From a virus (lineage: Duplodnaviria > Caudoviricetes), in the IMG/VR virus record IMGVR_UViG_3300049170_000125, positions 1 to 31,127 of that record: a DNA stretch of 31,127 nt; one strand, 5' to 3'. This document shows, in pieces, positions 15,467 through 26,500 of the stretch. Within the stretch, counting starts at the first letter, position 1; every line of letters starts with the position of its first letter. A program made the position numbers and the translations under genes. Under the pieces are notes generated by a model. The model ran no database searches and had not been told where the DNA came from. It saw nothing but the letters and a program-made list of their open reading frames with translations.

Positions 15467-16182
15467 AGGGCCAGCGGCACTACGTGCGCGGCTACGTCGA
15501 GCGCGCCGACGGCGACGAGGCGGGCAAGCCGCTGTCGATCATCGCCGCGACCGAGGGCCGCAAGGGCGACGGCCTCAACCTCACGATGAAGGGCGCCGAG
15601 CTCGGCCGGTTCGAGTCCAACCCGGTAGTCGGGTACGGGCACAGCTACTGGGGCCGTGACGGCCTGCCCATCGGCCGCGCCGACAAGACCTGGATCGACG
15701 GCGACAAGCTGCGCATGGACATCGTGTTCGACCAGGACGACGAGTTCGCCGTCAAGGTCGAGCGGAAGTACCGGGCGCGGATGATGAACGCGTTCTCCAT
15801 CGGGTTCGACGTCTGGAACCTCGACGACTCCGGCACCCCCGAGGGCTGGGAGCTGTTCGAGGTCTCGGCCGTCCCGCTCCCCATGGACCCCAACGCGATC
15901 GTCGAATCGGGCCGCAGCGCGCTCGACCTCCTGCGCGGCCTGGACGTACGGCAGACACCCGACGAGTTCGCCCAGGCCGTCATGGCCAAGCTCGCCGAGC
16001 TCGACGCCGCCGGCGCCCGCGCAGGCGCCGTGCTGTCCAAGAAGAACAAGACCCTCGTCACCAACGCGCGCGACGCGCTGCAGGAACTCCTCGACGCCGC
16101 CGGCGGCACCGACGAGGACGACGAGGAGCGCCAGGCCCCGCTCGTCGACGCCGCGCGCCTGGCGCGGCTTGCCGGACTCTGA
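15463..16182 (+). CDS. HK97-family prohead protease
   Basis: NPVV..GH...PIG, FSIGF, ELFEVSAVPLPMDPNA. Confidence 0.93.
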   Translation: MKGQRHYVRGYVERADGDEAGKPLSIIAATEGRKGDGLNLTMKGAELGRFESNPVVGYGHSYWGRDGLPIGRADKTWIDGDKLRMDIVFDQDDEFAVKVERKYRARMMNAFSIGFDVWNLDDSGTPEGWELFEVSAVPLPMDPNAIVESGRSALDLLRGLDVRQTPDEFAQAVMAKLAELDAAGARAGAVLSKKNKTLVTNARDALQELLDAAGGTDEDDEERQAPLVDAARLARLAGL

Positions 16183-16241
16183 CCCCCTCGCGCCGCGCAG
16201 CCGCGCGGGGCCACATCACACCCGAAGAAGGAGACCTCCAG

Positions 16242-17471
16242 ATGCCCAACATCCGGGAGCTGCGCACCAAGCGCACCAAGCTCGGCGCCGACGCCCGAGC
16301 GATCATGCAGACGGCCGAGGACGAGAGCCGCGCCATGACGCCCGAGGAGGAGGTTCGGTTCGACAAGCTCATGGACGAGCGCGACGGCGTCGACCGCACC
16401 ATCGAGCGGGCCGAGAAGCTCGAGGCCGACGAGCGCGACGACGCCACCCGCGACGGCCTGGAGCCCGGCGGCCAGCGCGGCGGGGACGAGGCCATGGGCG
16501 CCCTGCGCGCCTACCTCCTCGGCGGCCGCTCCATCCTGACCGAACGCCAGGCCCGCGCCCTGAACGCCGGCCACGACCCCGAGGGCGGATTCCTCGTCGC
16601 CCCCCAGCAGTTCGTCAAGGACCTCCTCAAGGGCGTCGACGAAATGGTCGCGCTGCGAGAGCTCGCCACGGTGCACCAGCTCACCCAGGCCGAGTCGCTC
16701 GGCGTGCCGACCCTGGACACCGATCTGGGTGACGCCGACTGGACGAGCGAGCTCGCCACCGGCAACCAGGACGACGCCCTGCGGTTCGGCAAGCGCGAAC
16801 TGCGCCCCCACCCGCTGGCCAAGCGAGTCAAGGTCAGCCGCAAGCTGCTGCGGGCCGCCGTGATGAACCCCGAGACGCTCGTACGCGAGCGCATGGCCTA
16901 CAAGTTCGGCATCACCGCCGAGAAGGCCTACATGGTCGGCGACGGCAACCAGAAGCCGCTCGGCCTGTTCACCCCCAACGCCGACGGCATCCCCACCTCG
17001 CGGGACGTCGACATCTCCACGTCCGGCACCGGGTTCGTCAACGTCGCCGGCGGGAACGCGGCAGACGACCTGATCACCGCCAAGTACACGCTGAAGAGCG
17101 CGTACCACAAGAAGGCCCAGTGGCTGTTCCACCGACTGATGATCGCCTCCGTGCGGAAGCTGAAGGACGGCGACGGGAACTATGTCTGGCGCGCCGGCCT
17201 GGCCACCGACCAGGGCGACACGATCCTCGACCTGCCGTTCATCAGCAGCGAGTTCGCCCCGTCGACGTTCGGCGACAACGACTACGTCGGCATCCTCGGC
17301 GATTTCTCCTACTACTGGATCGCCGAGGCCCTCAGCTTCGAGGTGCAGCGGCTCAACGAGCTGTACGCCGAGACGAATCAGGTGGGTTTCATCGGCCGCC
17401 AGGAGGCCGACGGTATGCCGGTGCTCGCCGAGGCGTTCGTGCGCCTGCAGTCCAACGACGTCGTCGCCTGA
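16242..17471 (+). CDS. Major capsid protein, HK97 family
   Basis: Coiled-coil delta domain, GGFLVAP, LKDGDGNYVW, GDFS.Y, ETNQVGF. Confidence 0.97.
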   Translation: MPNIRELRTKRTKLGADARAIMQTAEDESRAMTPEEEVRFDKLMDERDGVDRTIERAEKLEADERDDATRDGLEPGGQRGGDEAMGALRAYLLGGRSILTERQARALNAGHDPEGGFLVAPQQFVKDLLKGVDEMVALRELATVHQLTQAESLGVPTLDTDLGDADWTSELATGNQDDALRFGKRELRPHPLAKRVKVSRKLLRAAVMNPETLVRERMAYKFGITAEKAYMVGDGNQKPLGLFTPNADGIPTSRDVDISTSGTGFVNVAGGNAADDLITAKYTLKSAYHKKAQWLFHRLMIASVRKLKDGDGNYVWRAGLATDQGDTILDLPFISSEFAPSTFGDNDYVGILGDFSYYWIAEALSFEVQRLNELYAETNQVGFIGRQEADGMPVLAEAFVRLQSNDVVA

Positions 17472-17515
17472 CCCGTGCCCGCGCAGGCCCACACGTAGAT
17501 CAAGGAGCAGCACTC

Positions 17516-17893
17516 ATGCGCACCGACATCAAGAACAGCCTCGACATCGCCACCACCCTCACTCCGGCCGCCCGGATCGACACGGCCACCGGCACCGGGG
17601 TCGACCTGGCCAACTACGACGCCGCCGCGGTGGTCATCACCACCGGCGCGGTGGCCAACGCCGCGTTCTCCATCGAGATCCAGGAATCCGACGCGCTCGC
17701 GAGCGGATACACAGCGGTCGCCAACGCGGACCTGGACGGCATCGAGCCCGCCACCCTCACCGCGTCCACGGTCACGGTGATCGGCTACCACGGCATCAAG
17801 CGGTACATCCGCGCCGTGGCCACCGACGCCGGCACCGGCGACGCCAGCTTCGGCGTGAGCGTCATCCGCGGCAAGGGCCGCGTCAAGCCCTGA
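17516..17893 (+). CDS. Putative capsid decoration/cement protein
   Basis: AAGGAG RBS; beta-rich with IQESD and KRYIR motifs; directly after capsid gene. Confidence 0.7.
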   Translation: MRTDIKNSLDIATTLTPAARIDTATGTGVDLANYDAAAVVITTGAVANAAFSIEIQESDALASGYTAVANADLDGIEPATLTASTVTVIGYHGIKRYIRAVATDAGTGDASFGVSVIRGKGRVKP

Positions 17894-17969
17894 CCCACCC
17901 CGCCCCGCGACCCGCCCGGCCGCCCTCGCGTGAGGGCGCCCGGGCGGGGCCACCCACGAAGGAGGCGCC

Positions 17970-18320
17970 ATGCGCGTCGAGATGCTGCGGCTGATGTCCA
18001 ACCCGACGTACGGCAACCAGCCCGAGGGCGCGATCGTCGAGATGGACGACGCGGACGCCGAACGGCGCATCGCCGCCGGCGACTGCAGGCCGCTCGATAC
18101 GCCCAAGACGAGGAAGCCGGCCAAGGCCGCTCCGCCCGCGCCGCCAGGCGGCCAGGGTGAGGAGACGCCGGTGGAGAAGATGACCGTCGAGCAGCTCAAG
18201 GCCTACGCCGCCGAGTACGAGATCGACCTCGGCGACGCGGCCAAGAAGGACGACATCCGTACCGTGATCGCCGCCGAGCTCGAGCGGCGCCGCGACGAGG
18301 ACGAGGGGACCGGGGACTGA
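17970..18320 (+). CDS. Head-associated protein with C-terminal Rho-N/HeH-like motif
   Basis: AAGGAGG RBS; MTVEQLKAYAAEYEIDLGDAAKKDDI. Confidence 0.75.
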   Translation: MRVEMLRLMSNPTYGNQPEGAIVEMDDADAERRIAAGDCRPLDTPKTRKPAKAAPPAPPGGQGEETPVEKMTVEQLKAYAAEYEIDLGDAAKKDDIRTVIAAELERRRDEDEGTGD

Positions 18321-18907
18321 TGGCCGATGCCACGGCCGAACAGCTGCGGCTGCTGCTCCGGCACCCCGACGCCTTCACCGAGGACGAGACCGCCGCGGCC
18401 GAACTGCTGCTGGAACTGGCCCAGGGCGTCATCGAGGACGAGACCGGCCAGGCCCTGGAATCGTTCACCGACACCGTCGTCCTCGACGGGCCGACCGAGG
18501 ACGACCACGAGTACCAGGCCGGGACCGGCAGCAGGAAGCTACTCCTGCCCCGCTGGCCCGTCACCGCCGTCATCTCCGTCACCCTCACCGAGGACGACGA
18601 GGTCCTGGCCCACGGCAACAGCCGCGACTACACCTGGTCAGCTGCCGGGATCCTGACCCGCCGCGGCGCGTTCTGGCCCTCCCACGACCGGGCCGTGGAA
18701 GTGGTGTACACCGCCGGGCACACGCCGGTCCCAGCAGGAGTACGGCGGATCCAGCTGCGCCTGGCGGCCGCGGGCTGGGCCAACCCTGAGTTCCTCGCGG
18801 CCGAGACCCTGGGCGACCACTCCCGGTCGTTCTCGGCCGAGGGCCTCGGCATGGAACTCACCGACGCCGACCGGCGCACGCTGGGCTCCTACCGGGCCCG
18901 CACATGA
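18320..18907 (+). CDS. Head-tail connector/adaptor
   Basis: LLLPRWPVTAV.SV, VEVVYTAG...VP, ETLGDHS motifs and synteny. Confidence 0.85.
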   Translation: MADATAEQLRLLLRHPDAFTEDETAAAELLLELAQGVIEDETGQALESFTDTVVLDGPTEDDHEYQAGTGSRKLLLPRWPVTAVISVTLTEDDEVLAHGNSRDYTWSAAGILTRRGAFWPSHDRAVEVVYTAGHTPVPAGVRRIQLRLAAAGWANPEFLAAETLGDHSRSFSAEGLGMELTDADRRTLGSYRART

Positions 18908-19233
18908 TCGGGCACCGGCTGAACCGCTCGCTGGAGGTGTGGCGGCCGGTCACGACACCGGACGGCGCCGGCGGCGAGACGACCACCCTTGTCCGCCAGG
19001 CCCAGCCGGTGCGCGGCAAGGTCGACCAACCATCAGCCTCCGAGCGGCTGCTCGCCCAGCAGGCCGGGGCCGAGCACACCCACGACGTCTACCTCCTGCC
19101 GACGGCGGACGTGCGGCGTGGCGACGAGCTCCGCGGCCGCGGGCAGCGCCTACGCGTGCTGTTCGTCGTCGAGCCCTCGGCCACCCGCTACCGCAAGGCC
19201 GAGTGCCGGCTGATCCAGCCCGAAGGAACCTGA
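18904..19233 (+). CDS. Head closure (stopper) protein
   Basis: TPDGAGG, ADVRRGDEL; synteny. Confidence 0.85.
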   Translation: MIGHRLNRSLEVWRPVTTPDGAGGETTTLVRQAQPVRGKVDQPSASERLLAQQAGAEHTHDVYLLPTADVRRGDELRGRGQRLRVLFVVEPSATRYRKAECRLIQPEGT

Positions 19234-19243
19234 GGAGGCGACC

Positions 19244-19618
19244 ATGGCCCGGTCGGGAATGAGCGTCAAAATCCTCGGTACGGCCCGGCTCCGGGGCCAG
19301 CTGGAGGACCTGTCGGACGAGATCGTCGCCGCACTGCAGAAGGCGGTGAAGGAGGCCGCCGAGTCCGTGCAGTCCGACACCCGCCGCGACGTCCGCAAGG
19401 ACAGCCGCAACTTGCACGACAAGGTCGACATCAAGTACGAGGACAGCGGCCTGACCGCCAAGGTCGGCTGGTTCGACCCCGAGGACTACTACGCCCGCTT
19501 CCACGAGGTCGGTACCCGCCGCTTCGAGGCGCAGCCCGCGCTCCTGCCCGCGCTGGAGGCGGAGCGGCACCGCTACCAGGCCCGGCTGACCGACGAGGTA
19601 CGAAAGGCCCTGCGGTGA
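19244..19618 (+). CDS. HK97 gp10-family tail completion protein
   Basis: YYARFHEVGTRRFEAQPALLPA. Confidence 0.9.
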   Translation: MARSGMSVKILGTARLRGQLEDLSDEIVAALQKAVKEAAESVQSDTRRDVRKDSRNLHDKVDIKYEDSGLTAKVGWFDPEDYYARFHEVGTRRFEAQPALLPALEAERHRYQARLTDEVRKALR

Positions 19619-20037
19619 CCAGCTCCCTTTCCGCGCTGCTCCCCGTCCAGCAGGCCGTGCACGCGATCCTGACCGGCGACCCCGTCCTGATGGGCCTGGT
19701 GACCGGCGTGTTCGACTTCGTGCCCGAGACCGCCGCCTACCCGTACATCCACCTCGGCGAGGCGATCGAGAGCCCGGCGAACGCCCACGACCGATTCGGG
19801 CAGCAGACCGTGGTGACCTTGCACGTCTGGTCGAAGTACCGGGGCCACAGCCAGGGCCTGACCATCGGCTCCCGGATCACCGCCCTGCTCGACCACCAGC
19901 GGCTGACCGTCCCCGGCTTCAAGCACGTCGTCACCCGGTATGAGGCCGGCCAGCCGTTCACCGACCCGGAACCGCCGGGCGACATCCGGCACCTGGTGCT
20001 GCGCTACCGGATCCTCACCGAGCAGCCCCCAGCCTGA
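19615..20037 (+). CDS. Tail terminator (DUF3168-like)
   Basis: VFDFVPE...YPYI.LGE, LHVWS, RHLVLRYR. Confidence 0.88.
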   Translation: MTSSLSALLPVQQAVHAILTGDPVLMGLVTGVFDFVPETAAYPYIHLGEAIESPANAHDRFGQQTVVTLHVWSKYRGHSQGLTIGSRITALLDHQRLTVPGFKHVVTRYEAGQPFTDPEPPGDIRHLVLRYRILTEQPPA

Positions 20038-20052
20038 CCTTCTGATCACTTT

Positions 20053-20082
20053 GCCCCGGCGCCGCCATGGCCCGGGGCTTCA
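20053..20082 (+). terminator. Hairpin before tail tube genes
   Basis: GCCCCGG...CCGGGGC followed by TTCAT. Confidence 0.5.
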
Positions 20083-20106
20083 TCATGCGCAGACAAGGAG
20101 ACGCTC

Positions 20107-20445
20107 ATGGCAGCGCTCAACGCGATCACGGTGCCCGTGCTCGGCGGCATCACGGACATCGCCGCCCGGGCCGTTGCGGCCGCGGCCGCCGGGGACACCG
20201 CCCCCGTCGGGGATGGCCTGTTCCTCTATGTCGGGAACGCGGACGCCTCCTCGCACACGGTCACCGTGGCGACCCCGGGCACCGTGAACGGGCTCGCGGT
20301 CGCCGACGCCACGCTCGTCGTGGCCGCCGGCAAGACCGGAATGATCCCGCTGACCAATATCTTCCGCGACGCGACAGGGCGGGCAGCGATCACCTACAGC
20401 TCGGTCACCGCAACGACCGTCGCCGTCTTCAAGCTGGGGGTCTGA
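20107..20445 (+). CDS. Putative small virion structural protein
   Basis: AAGGAG RBS; Ala/Val/Thr beta-rich; located in the tail operon. Confidence 0.75.
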   Translation: MAALNAITVPVLGGITDIAARAVAAAAAGDTAPVGDGLFLYVGNADASSHTVTVATPGTVNGLAVADATLVVAAGKTGMIPLTNIFRDATGRAAITYSSVTATTVAVFKLGV

Positions 20446-20447
20446 TC

Positions 20448-20882
20448 GTGGCCGGCACAGATGCATTCGGTACCCAGTTCAAGCGGGACACCACCGGCGC
20501 GGGCGCCTACGCCGTGATCGCTCAGGTCACGGACATCTCCGGTCCGTCCCGCTCGCGTGAGGCGATCGAGGTCACCGCGCACGACAGCCCCCACAAATAC
20601 AGGGAGTTCATCAAGGGCCTGAAGGACGGCGGCGAGGTCGAGATCACGATCAACTACAGCCCCGGTGAGGCCACCCACCTGGCCCTCGACGCCGACTTCG
20701 AGGAGGACGACCTGCGCAGCTACCAGGTCGTCATGCTGCCGGGCGATGAGGATGAGCACACCTGGCAGTTCTCCGCCCTGATCACCGACCTCGGCGAGGA
20801 GTTCCCGACCGAGGGCCAGATGGAGCGCAGTGTGACATTCAAGATCAGCGGCAAGCCGACCCTGACCGCGACGGGAGTCTGA
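20448..20882 (+). CDS. Major tail tube protein
   Basis: GTG at 20448; DISGP..SRE.IEVT.HDS...EFI.GLKDGGEV...TFKISGKP. Confidence 0.9.
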   Translation: MAGTDAFGTQFKRDTTGAGAYAVIAQVTDISGPSRSREAIEVTAHDSPHKYREFIKGLKDGGEVEITINYSPGEATHLALDADFEEDDLRSYQVVMLPGDEDEHTWQFSALITDLGEEFPTEGQMERSVTFKISGKPTLTATGV

Positions 20883-20884
20883 CC

Positions 20885-21298
20885 ATGGCATCACTGAAGG
20901 ACCTGATCCGCGACGCGCAGGACATCAGGACGCAGCCCGACGTAGAGATCCCCGAGTGGGTCCCCGGCGTGCAGTTCCTGGTCAAGGGCCTGCCGTCGGG
21001 CGACTGGGAGAAGTACCAGAACTCTCTGACCAAGATGACCCGCCGCGACGAGGCGTCGGGTATCGAGATGAAGGTGGACTCCCGCAAGGCGGAGATCGTC
21101 GCCAAGGGGCTCTACGACCAGGAGACCGACACGCTCGTCTTCCCCGACCTGCGCGAGGGCATCGCGATCCTGTCCAAGCGCGACGCGGGCATCATCAACG
21201 GGCTGTTCGAACTGATCCGGCACCTATCCGGCGACGGCAGGTCGTTCATGCAGAAGGTGAAGGACGCGGAGGCGGGTTTCGGCGACGGCCCGAGCTGA
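20885..21298 (+). CDS. Tail assembly chaperone (G)
   Basis: VEIPEW motif; between tail tube and tape measure; slippery site near its end. Confidence 0.85.
   Translation: MASLKDLIRDAQDIRTQPDVEIPEWVPGVQFLVKGLPSGDWEKYQNSLTKMTRRDEASGIEMKVDSRKAEIVAKGLYDQETDTLVFPDLREGIAILSKRDAGIINGLFELIRHLSGDGRSFMQKVKDAEAGFGDGPS
21274..21280 (+). other. -1 ribosomal frameshift site G GGT TTC
   Basis: X-XXY-YYZ heptamer in the correct phase; the -1 frame stays open to 21630. Confidence 0.8.
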
Positions 21299-21630
21299 GG
21301 CTGCAGTACGACCTCGCCGTGGCCTTCCGCCTCCCTCCCTCCGAGGTCCTGGAGCGGTTCACCGAGGAGGAACTCATCCGCCTCGTCGCCTACCAGAACC
21401 TCTACGGCCCGGTCGGCCCGTCCCGCATGGACGTCGTGGCCGCCCGGCTCGGCATGGACGTCGCCGCCCCGCACATGAAGAAGGGCCAGCGGCCCACGCT
21501 GAAAGACCACATCGTCCAATGGAGCCGCGCGGCCCGCCCCCGCAAGACCGGCCGCGAGCTCCTGGCCGCCGTCAAGGGCATCCAGGAGCGGTTCGACCGC
21601 CGCCCCGACCGGCGAGAAAGGGGTGCGTGA
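21280..21630 (+). CDS. Tail assembly chaperone GT, frameshifted C-terminal part
   Basis: -1 frame RRRPELRLQYDLAVAF...YGPVG..RMD; stop overlaps tape measure ATG. Confidence 0.8.
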   Translation, partial: RRRPELRLQYDLAVAFRLPPSEVLERFTEEELIRLVAYQNLYGPVGPSRMDVVAARLGMDVAAPHMKKGQRPTLKDHIVQWSRAARPRKTGRELLAAVKGIQERFDRRPDRRERGA

Positions 21631-23597
21631 TGCCCGTCCTCGACGAGCTGCTCGTCCGTATCGGCATGGACTCCTCCGGCGTCGACGAGGGCGTGCAGGA
21701 GACCACCAGCCGCCTCGACGGCCTCGCCGCCCCGGCCGCCGCCGCGGGCCTCGCCGCCGGCGCCGTGTTCGCCGCCGGCATCGCCTCGGCGATGAACATC
21801 GCCGAGGCACAGCACACCCTGCAGAACAGCCTCAACCTGACCGAGGCGGAGGCCGAGCGCGCCGGCGGCATCGCCGGTGACGTCTTCAGCTCCGGGTTCG
21901 GTGAGTCCCTCAGCGACGTATCCAACGGCCTGGCCAGCGTCACCAGCGCCATGGGCAAGCTCGGGGACTTCACCGACGCCGAGCTGCAGGACATGACCAA
22001 AGGCGCCCTCGCGCTGGCCAAGACATTCGAGATGGACGTCGGTGAGGCGAGCACAGCGGCGGGCACACTGATCAACACGGGTCTCGTGAAGAACAGCACG
22101 GAAGCCTTCGACGTCCTGACCAAGGCCGCCCAGACACTGCCCAAGAGCATGGTGGCCGACCTGCCGGCCGTGGTGAGCGAGTACGGGCAGCACTTCAAGC
22201 GCATCGGCCTGGACGCCTCGACGTCGTTCGGGATGATGAGCCAGTTCGTGAAGGCCGGCGGCCGCGACATCGACCAGGCCGCCGACGTCCTCCACGAGTT
22301 CGCGCGCATCACCAGCGAGGAGACCGACCGGGCAAAGGAGGGCTTCAAGTCCCTTGGCCTGGACGGCACGAAGATGCTGGCCGACATCGGCAAGGGCGGG
22401 AAGCCCGCCGCCGACGCGCTGCAGACCACTCTCGACAAGCTCCGCGGGATCGAGGACCCGGCGAAGCGGGCCCAGCTCGGCGTCCAGCTCTTCGGCGACA
22501 TGGCCGGTGAAGCAGCCGACGCGCTGCTCGCCATGAACCCACAGACCGCGCAAGCCGCGACCGGCATGGACACCGCGGCCGGCGCGTCGAAGAAGCTCAC
22601 CGAGTCCATGGAGGCCTCGCCCGCCCAGCAGATGGACGCCGCGATGCGGACCCTGCAGATGACGCTCGGCGAGGTCTTCCTGCCGATCCTGAAGAGCGTC
22701 AGCCACTTCTTCGTCGAACACAAGGACACCATCAAGGAGCTTGTCCCGATCGTGCTGATCCTGGTCACGACGCTGGGGCTCATGGCGGCCGCCATCTGGA
22801 TCGTGAACGTGGCGATGATGGCGAACCCGATCGGGCTGATCATCGCCGCGATCGTCGCCCTGATCGCGATCATTGTGATCCTGGTGCTCAAGTGGGACAT
22901 GATCAAGGCCGCGCTGCTGGCCCACTGGGAGGACATCAAGGCCGACTGGGAACGACTCTGGGGAGCGATCTCCGGCTTCTTCACCCGCCTGTGGCAGGAC
23001 ATCGTCGACTCCGTCGAGGAGGGCATCCAGTTCGTCAAGGACGCGTGGGACAAGTTCACGCCGATGAAGTGGCTGCAAGCCGGATGGGCCGGGATCACCA
23101 CCTGGGTCGGCACCCAGTGGGGCAAGATCGTCAAGTCCGTAGAGGACGCTGCCGCCCGCATCCGGGGCTTCTTCAAGGGCATGTGGGACGGCGTCGTGAG
23201 CGGCCTCAAGTTCGCCCTCAACGGTGCGCTCTACCTGCTCAACAAGGGCATCGAGGCAATCAACGTCCTGATCGGCGGGGCCAACCGCATCCCCGGCGTG
23301 AACATCGGCTACATCCCGTACATGCCGTACCTCGCCGAGGGCGGCATCACCACCGGACCCACCGTCGCGATGATCGGCGAGGGCCGCGAGCAGGAAGCCG
23401 TCCTGCCGCTGTCCAAGCTTGAGGCCCTGATCAACATGCCGGGCGCGATGGCCGCGCCGTCCACGGGCAAGGTGCAGCCGGTGCAGGTCCTCATCACCCC
23501 GTCCGTGGACTCCGGCGCCTTCCAGGACGCGTTCAAGTACGCCGTCCGCACCCAGGCCGGCGGATCCGTGAAGCGCTACGCAGGAGAGGACGACTGA
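21630..23597 (+). CDS. Tape measure protein (655 aa)
   Basis: LDELLVRIG start, helical Ala-rich body, ANPIGLIIAAIVAL, Trp/Phe periodic repeats, LAEGG...IGEG..EAVLPL. Confidence 0.95.
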   Translation: MPVLDELLVRIGMDSSGVDEGVQETTSRLDGLAAPAAAAGLAAGAVFAAGIASAMNIAEAQHTLQNSLNLTEAEAERAGGIAGDVFSSGFGESLSDVSNGLASVTSAMGKLGDFTDAELQDMTKGALALAKTFEMDVGEASTAAGTLINTGLVKNSTEAFDVLTKAAQTLPKSMVADLPAVVSEYGQHFKRIGLDASTSFGMMSQFVKAGGRDIDQAADVLHEFARITSEETDRAKEGFKSLGLDGTKMLADIGKGGKPAADALQTTLDKLRGIEDPAKRAQLGVQLFGDMAGEAADALLAMNPQTAQAATGMDTAAGASKKLTESMEASPAQQMDAAMRTLQMTLGEVFLPILKSVSHFFVEHKDTIKELVPIVLILVTTLGLMAAAIWIVNVAMMANPIGLIIAAIVALIAIIVILVLKWDMIKAALLAHWEDIKADWERLWGAISGFFTRLWQDIVDSVEEGIQFVKDAWDKFTPMKWLQAGWAGITTWVGTQWGKIVKSVEDAAARIRGFFKGMWDGVVSGLKFALNGALYLLNKGIEAINVLIGGANRIPGVNIGYIPYMPYLAEGGITTGPTVAMIGEGREQEAVLPLSKLEALINMPGAMAAPSTGKVQPVQVLITPSVDSGAFQDAFKYAVRTQAGGSVKRYAGEDD

Positions 23598-23599
23598 CC

Positions 23600-26500
23600 A
23601 TGGTTTCCCTGCCGCCGCCCGACCTCCTGGAACTTTTCTACGACGGGCAGTGGAACACGGTCACCGGCCAGCCCCGGGCCTCGGCCGGGGTCACCATGTC
23701 GCGCGGGGTGTCGGCCGAGGGCACCCGCGCGGAGCCCTCCTCGGCCGACATGCTGCTCGGCAACCGCGACGGCCGGTTCTCGCGCCGCGACCCGAACAGC
23801 GCGCTGTACGGCAAGATCGGGCCCAACACGCCGATCCGCTACAGCGTCCAGGCCGGACACCCCTACCTCCTGCTGCCCGGGGACGAGCCCTCCGGGCTCA
23901 CCACCCCCGACCACGCGAGCCTGGGCGTGACCGACCTCGACCTGCGCATCGAGGTCGCGCTCGACGACTACACCGCGACCCAGGAGCTCGCCGCCCGCTA
24001 CGTGGCCACCGGCAACCAGCGGCACTTCAACTTCCGGCTGGTCAACGGCGGGCAGATGTGGCTCGAGTGGTACCCAGACGGCACCCTGGCCAGCCAGAAG
24101 TCCGCCGGAAGCCTGCCGGTGGTACCCGCCAACCCGCGCCAGCGGATCGCTCTCCGCGTCGTCCTCGACGTCAACAACGGCTCCGGCGGACACCTCGTCA
24201 GTTTCTACTGGGCTCCCACGATCGGCGCCACGGTGTGGACCCTGCTCGACACCGACACCGCAGGCGCCGGCACCACGACGCTGATCGACGGCACCGCGGG
24301 CCTGCAGCTCGGCACCAACACAGCTGTGATCGGAAACGGCACCAAGGGCCGCATCTACGCGATGGAGCTGTGGGACGGAGCGACCGCCACCCGCAAGGTC
24401 CGCCTGGACTTCACCACCGCCAAGGCCGGAGACACCTCGTTCACGGACACCGACGGCCTGGTGTGGACCCTGGCAGGCGCCGCGTCCCTGTCCAACCAGC
24501 ACATCCGTATGGCGGGCGAGGTCCCCTCCTGGCCGCCGGAGCGCGACAGGTCCGGTCAGGACCGCACCGTGCCTATCACCCCGGCCGGGATCACCCGGCG
24601 CCTCGGCGCGGGCAACCGGCCACTCGAGTCCGCGCTGCTGCGCTTCATCCGCGCCGCCTCCCCCATCGACTGCTGGCCGCTGACCGACGGGCAGCAGGCC
24701 ACCGCCGCGACCTCCCTCGTCCAGGGCGCCACGATGACGCCGGTCTTCACCACCGGGTCAGGTCCGGTGCAGTGGGCGCAGGGCAGCCTGGCCGAGTGGG
24801 TGGAGCCTGTCGCGCAGGCGCCCGCGTCGAACAGCTTCACCATGCGCGGGACCCTGCCCGACAGCGCGGCCGCGGCCTCCGGCTGGTCCGCCGAGTTCGC
24901 CATCGCGGGACTCTTGACGGGCAGCGCCGAGCTGCGGACGTTCGACCGGGGCGCGGGCAGCGACGCCGACAACCGGATCTCCTGGCTCGTCGCGTTGGAC
25001 CCCTCCGCCGACGAGGTCGAGGTGCGGGTGACCTCGGCCGGGGCGACCAGCTCCTCTTTCACCGTGGTGGGCTTCTACACCGGCACCGGCGTCTTCGACT
25101 CCCAGCCTCACCACATCCGCCTCACCATCACCCCCCAGCCCGGGCCCGGCACCACCGCCTGGGCGCTGTACATCGACGGGGCCCTCATCGACAGCGGCAC
25201 CCACGCCGTCGTCACCAAGGCGCCGCTGTACGTGCAGCCCGGCTGTTTCCAGAGCAACACCACCGGCAACACCCCGTCCCTCGGGTTCGTGACCTGCTGG
25301 GGCCCGGACGCCCCGCCCGCCGCAGACGTCTACGACGCCCTCCTCGGCTTCCAGGGCGAGACGGCCGGCGCCCGCTTCCTGCGGCTGTGCGCCGAGCAGG
25401 GCGTGCCCGCCGCTGTCCTCGGCGACGAGGACGACACCACTCCGCTCGGCGTGCAGCAGCTGCAGACGTTCCTCGACGCGCTCGCCTCCATCGCGAAAGC
25501 CGACCACGGCTACGCCCTGGAGCAGCGCGACGACCGGGCCCTGCTCTACCGGCCACGGACGACGCTGTACAACCAGGACCCTGTGCTGACCCTCGACTTC
25601 AGCCAGGGGGTGATCAGCCCGCCGTTCAAGCCGCTCGACGACGACAAGGACGCCGAGAACGACATCCTCGTCACACGCGCCGGCGGCTCGTTCGGGCGAG
25701 TCTCGCGGGAGACGATCGCCGAGGGCCCGAAGTCCGTGGAGGCCATCGGCCGGTACGACGTCGCCCACACCCTGTCCCTCGCCGAGGACGCGCAGGCGAT
25801 CCAGCACGCGGGCTGGCGGCTGCACCTGGGCACCGCCGACGGCCTGCGCTACACCCAGATCACCCTCGACCTCGGCAACCCCCGCGTGCAGACCATGGCG
25901 CGGGACATCTACCTCGCCGACGTCGGAGACAAGATCCGGCTCACCAACCTGCCCGCGGACCACGGGCCCGACGACGTCGACCTCATCATCCGCGGCTACA
26001 AGGAAACCGTCAGCGAGCGCGAATGGAAGATCACGTTCAACTGCACGCCAGGCGCGGTCTACAACGTGCTGCAGCTGAACGCCGGCGCCTACTCCCGGCT
26101 CGACACCGGCGGCTCCGAACTCGCCGCCGGGATCAACACCACCGCCACCACCCTGCCGGTCGCGGTGACCGGCACCGCGCTGTGGTCGACGTCCGCCGGT
26201 GACGTCCCTTTCAGCGTGTTGGTGGGCGGCGAGGAGATGACCGCCACGGCTGTCGCTTCGTCCGTGCGCGACACCTTCGGCAGGACCGTCGCCAGCGGCT
26301 GGGGCGCCGCAGACTCCGGGCAGACATGGACAGTGGTCGGAACGGCCAGCGACTTCTCCGTCAGCGGCGGCCTGGGCCGCCACTCCCTGCCTGCCGTCAG
26401 CACGGTCCGACACAGCGTGATTCCCCAGGCCGGCGCTGACTTCGATCTGATGGCCAGCATGGCCACCAGTGTCCTGGCCGCAGGCGGCAGCCACCTCGTG

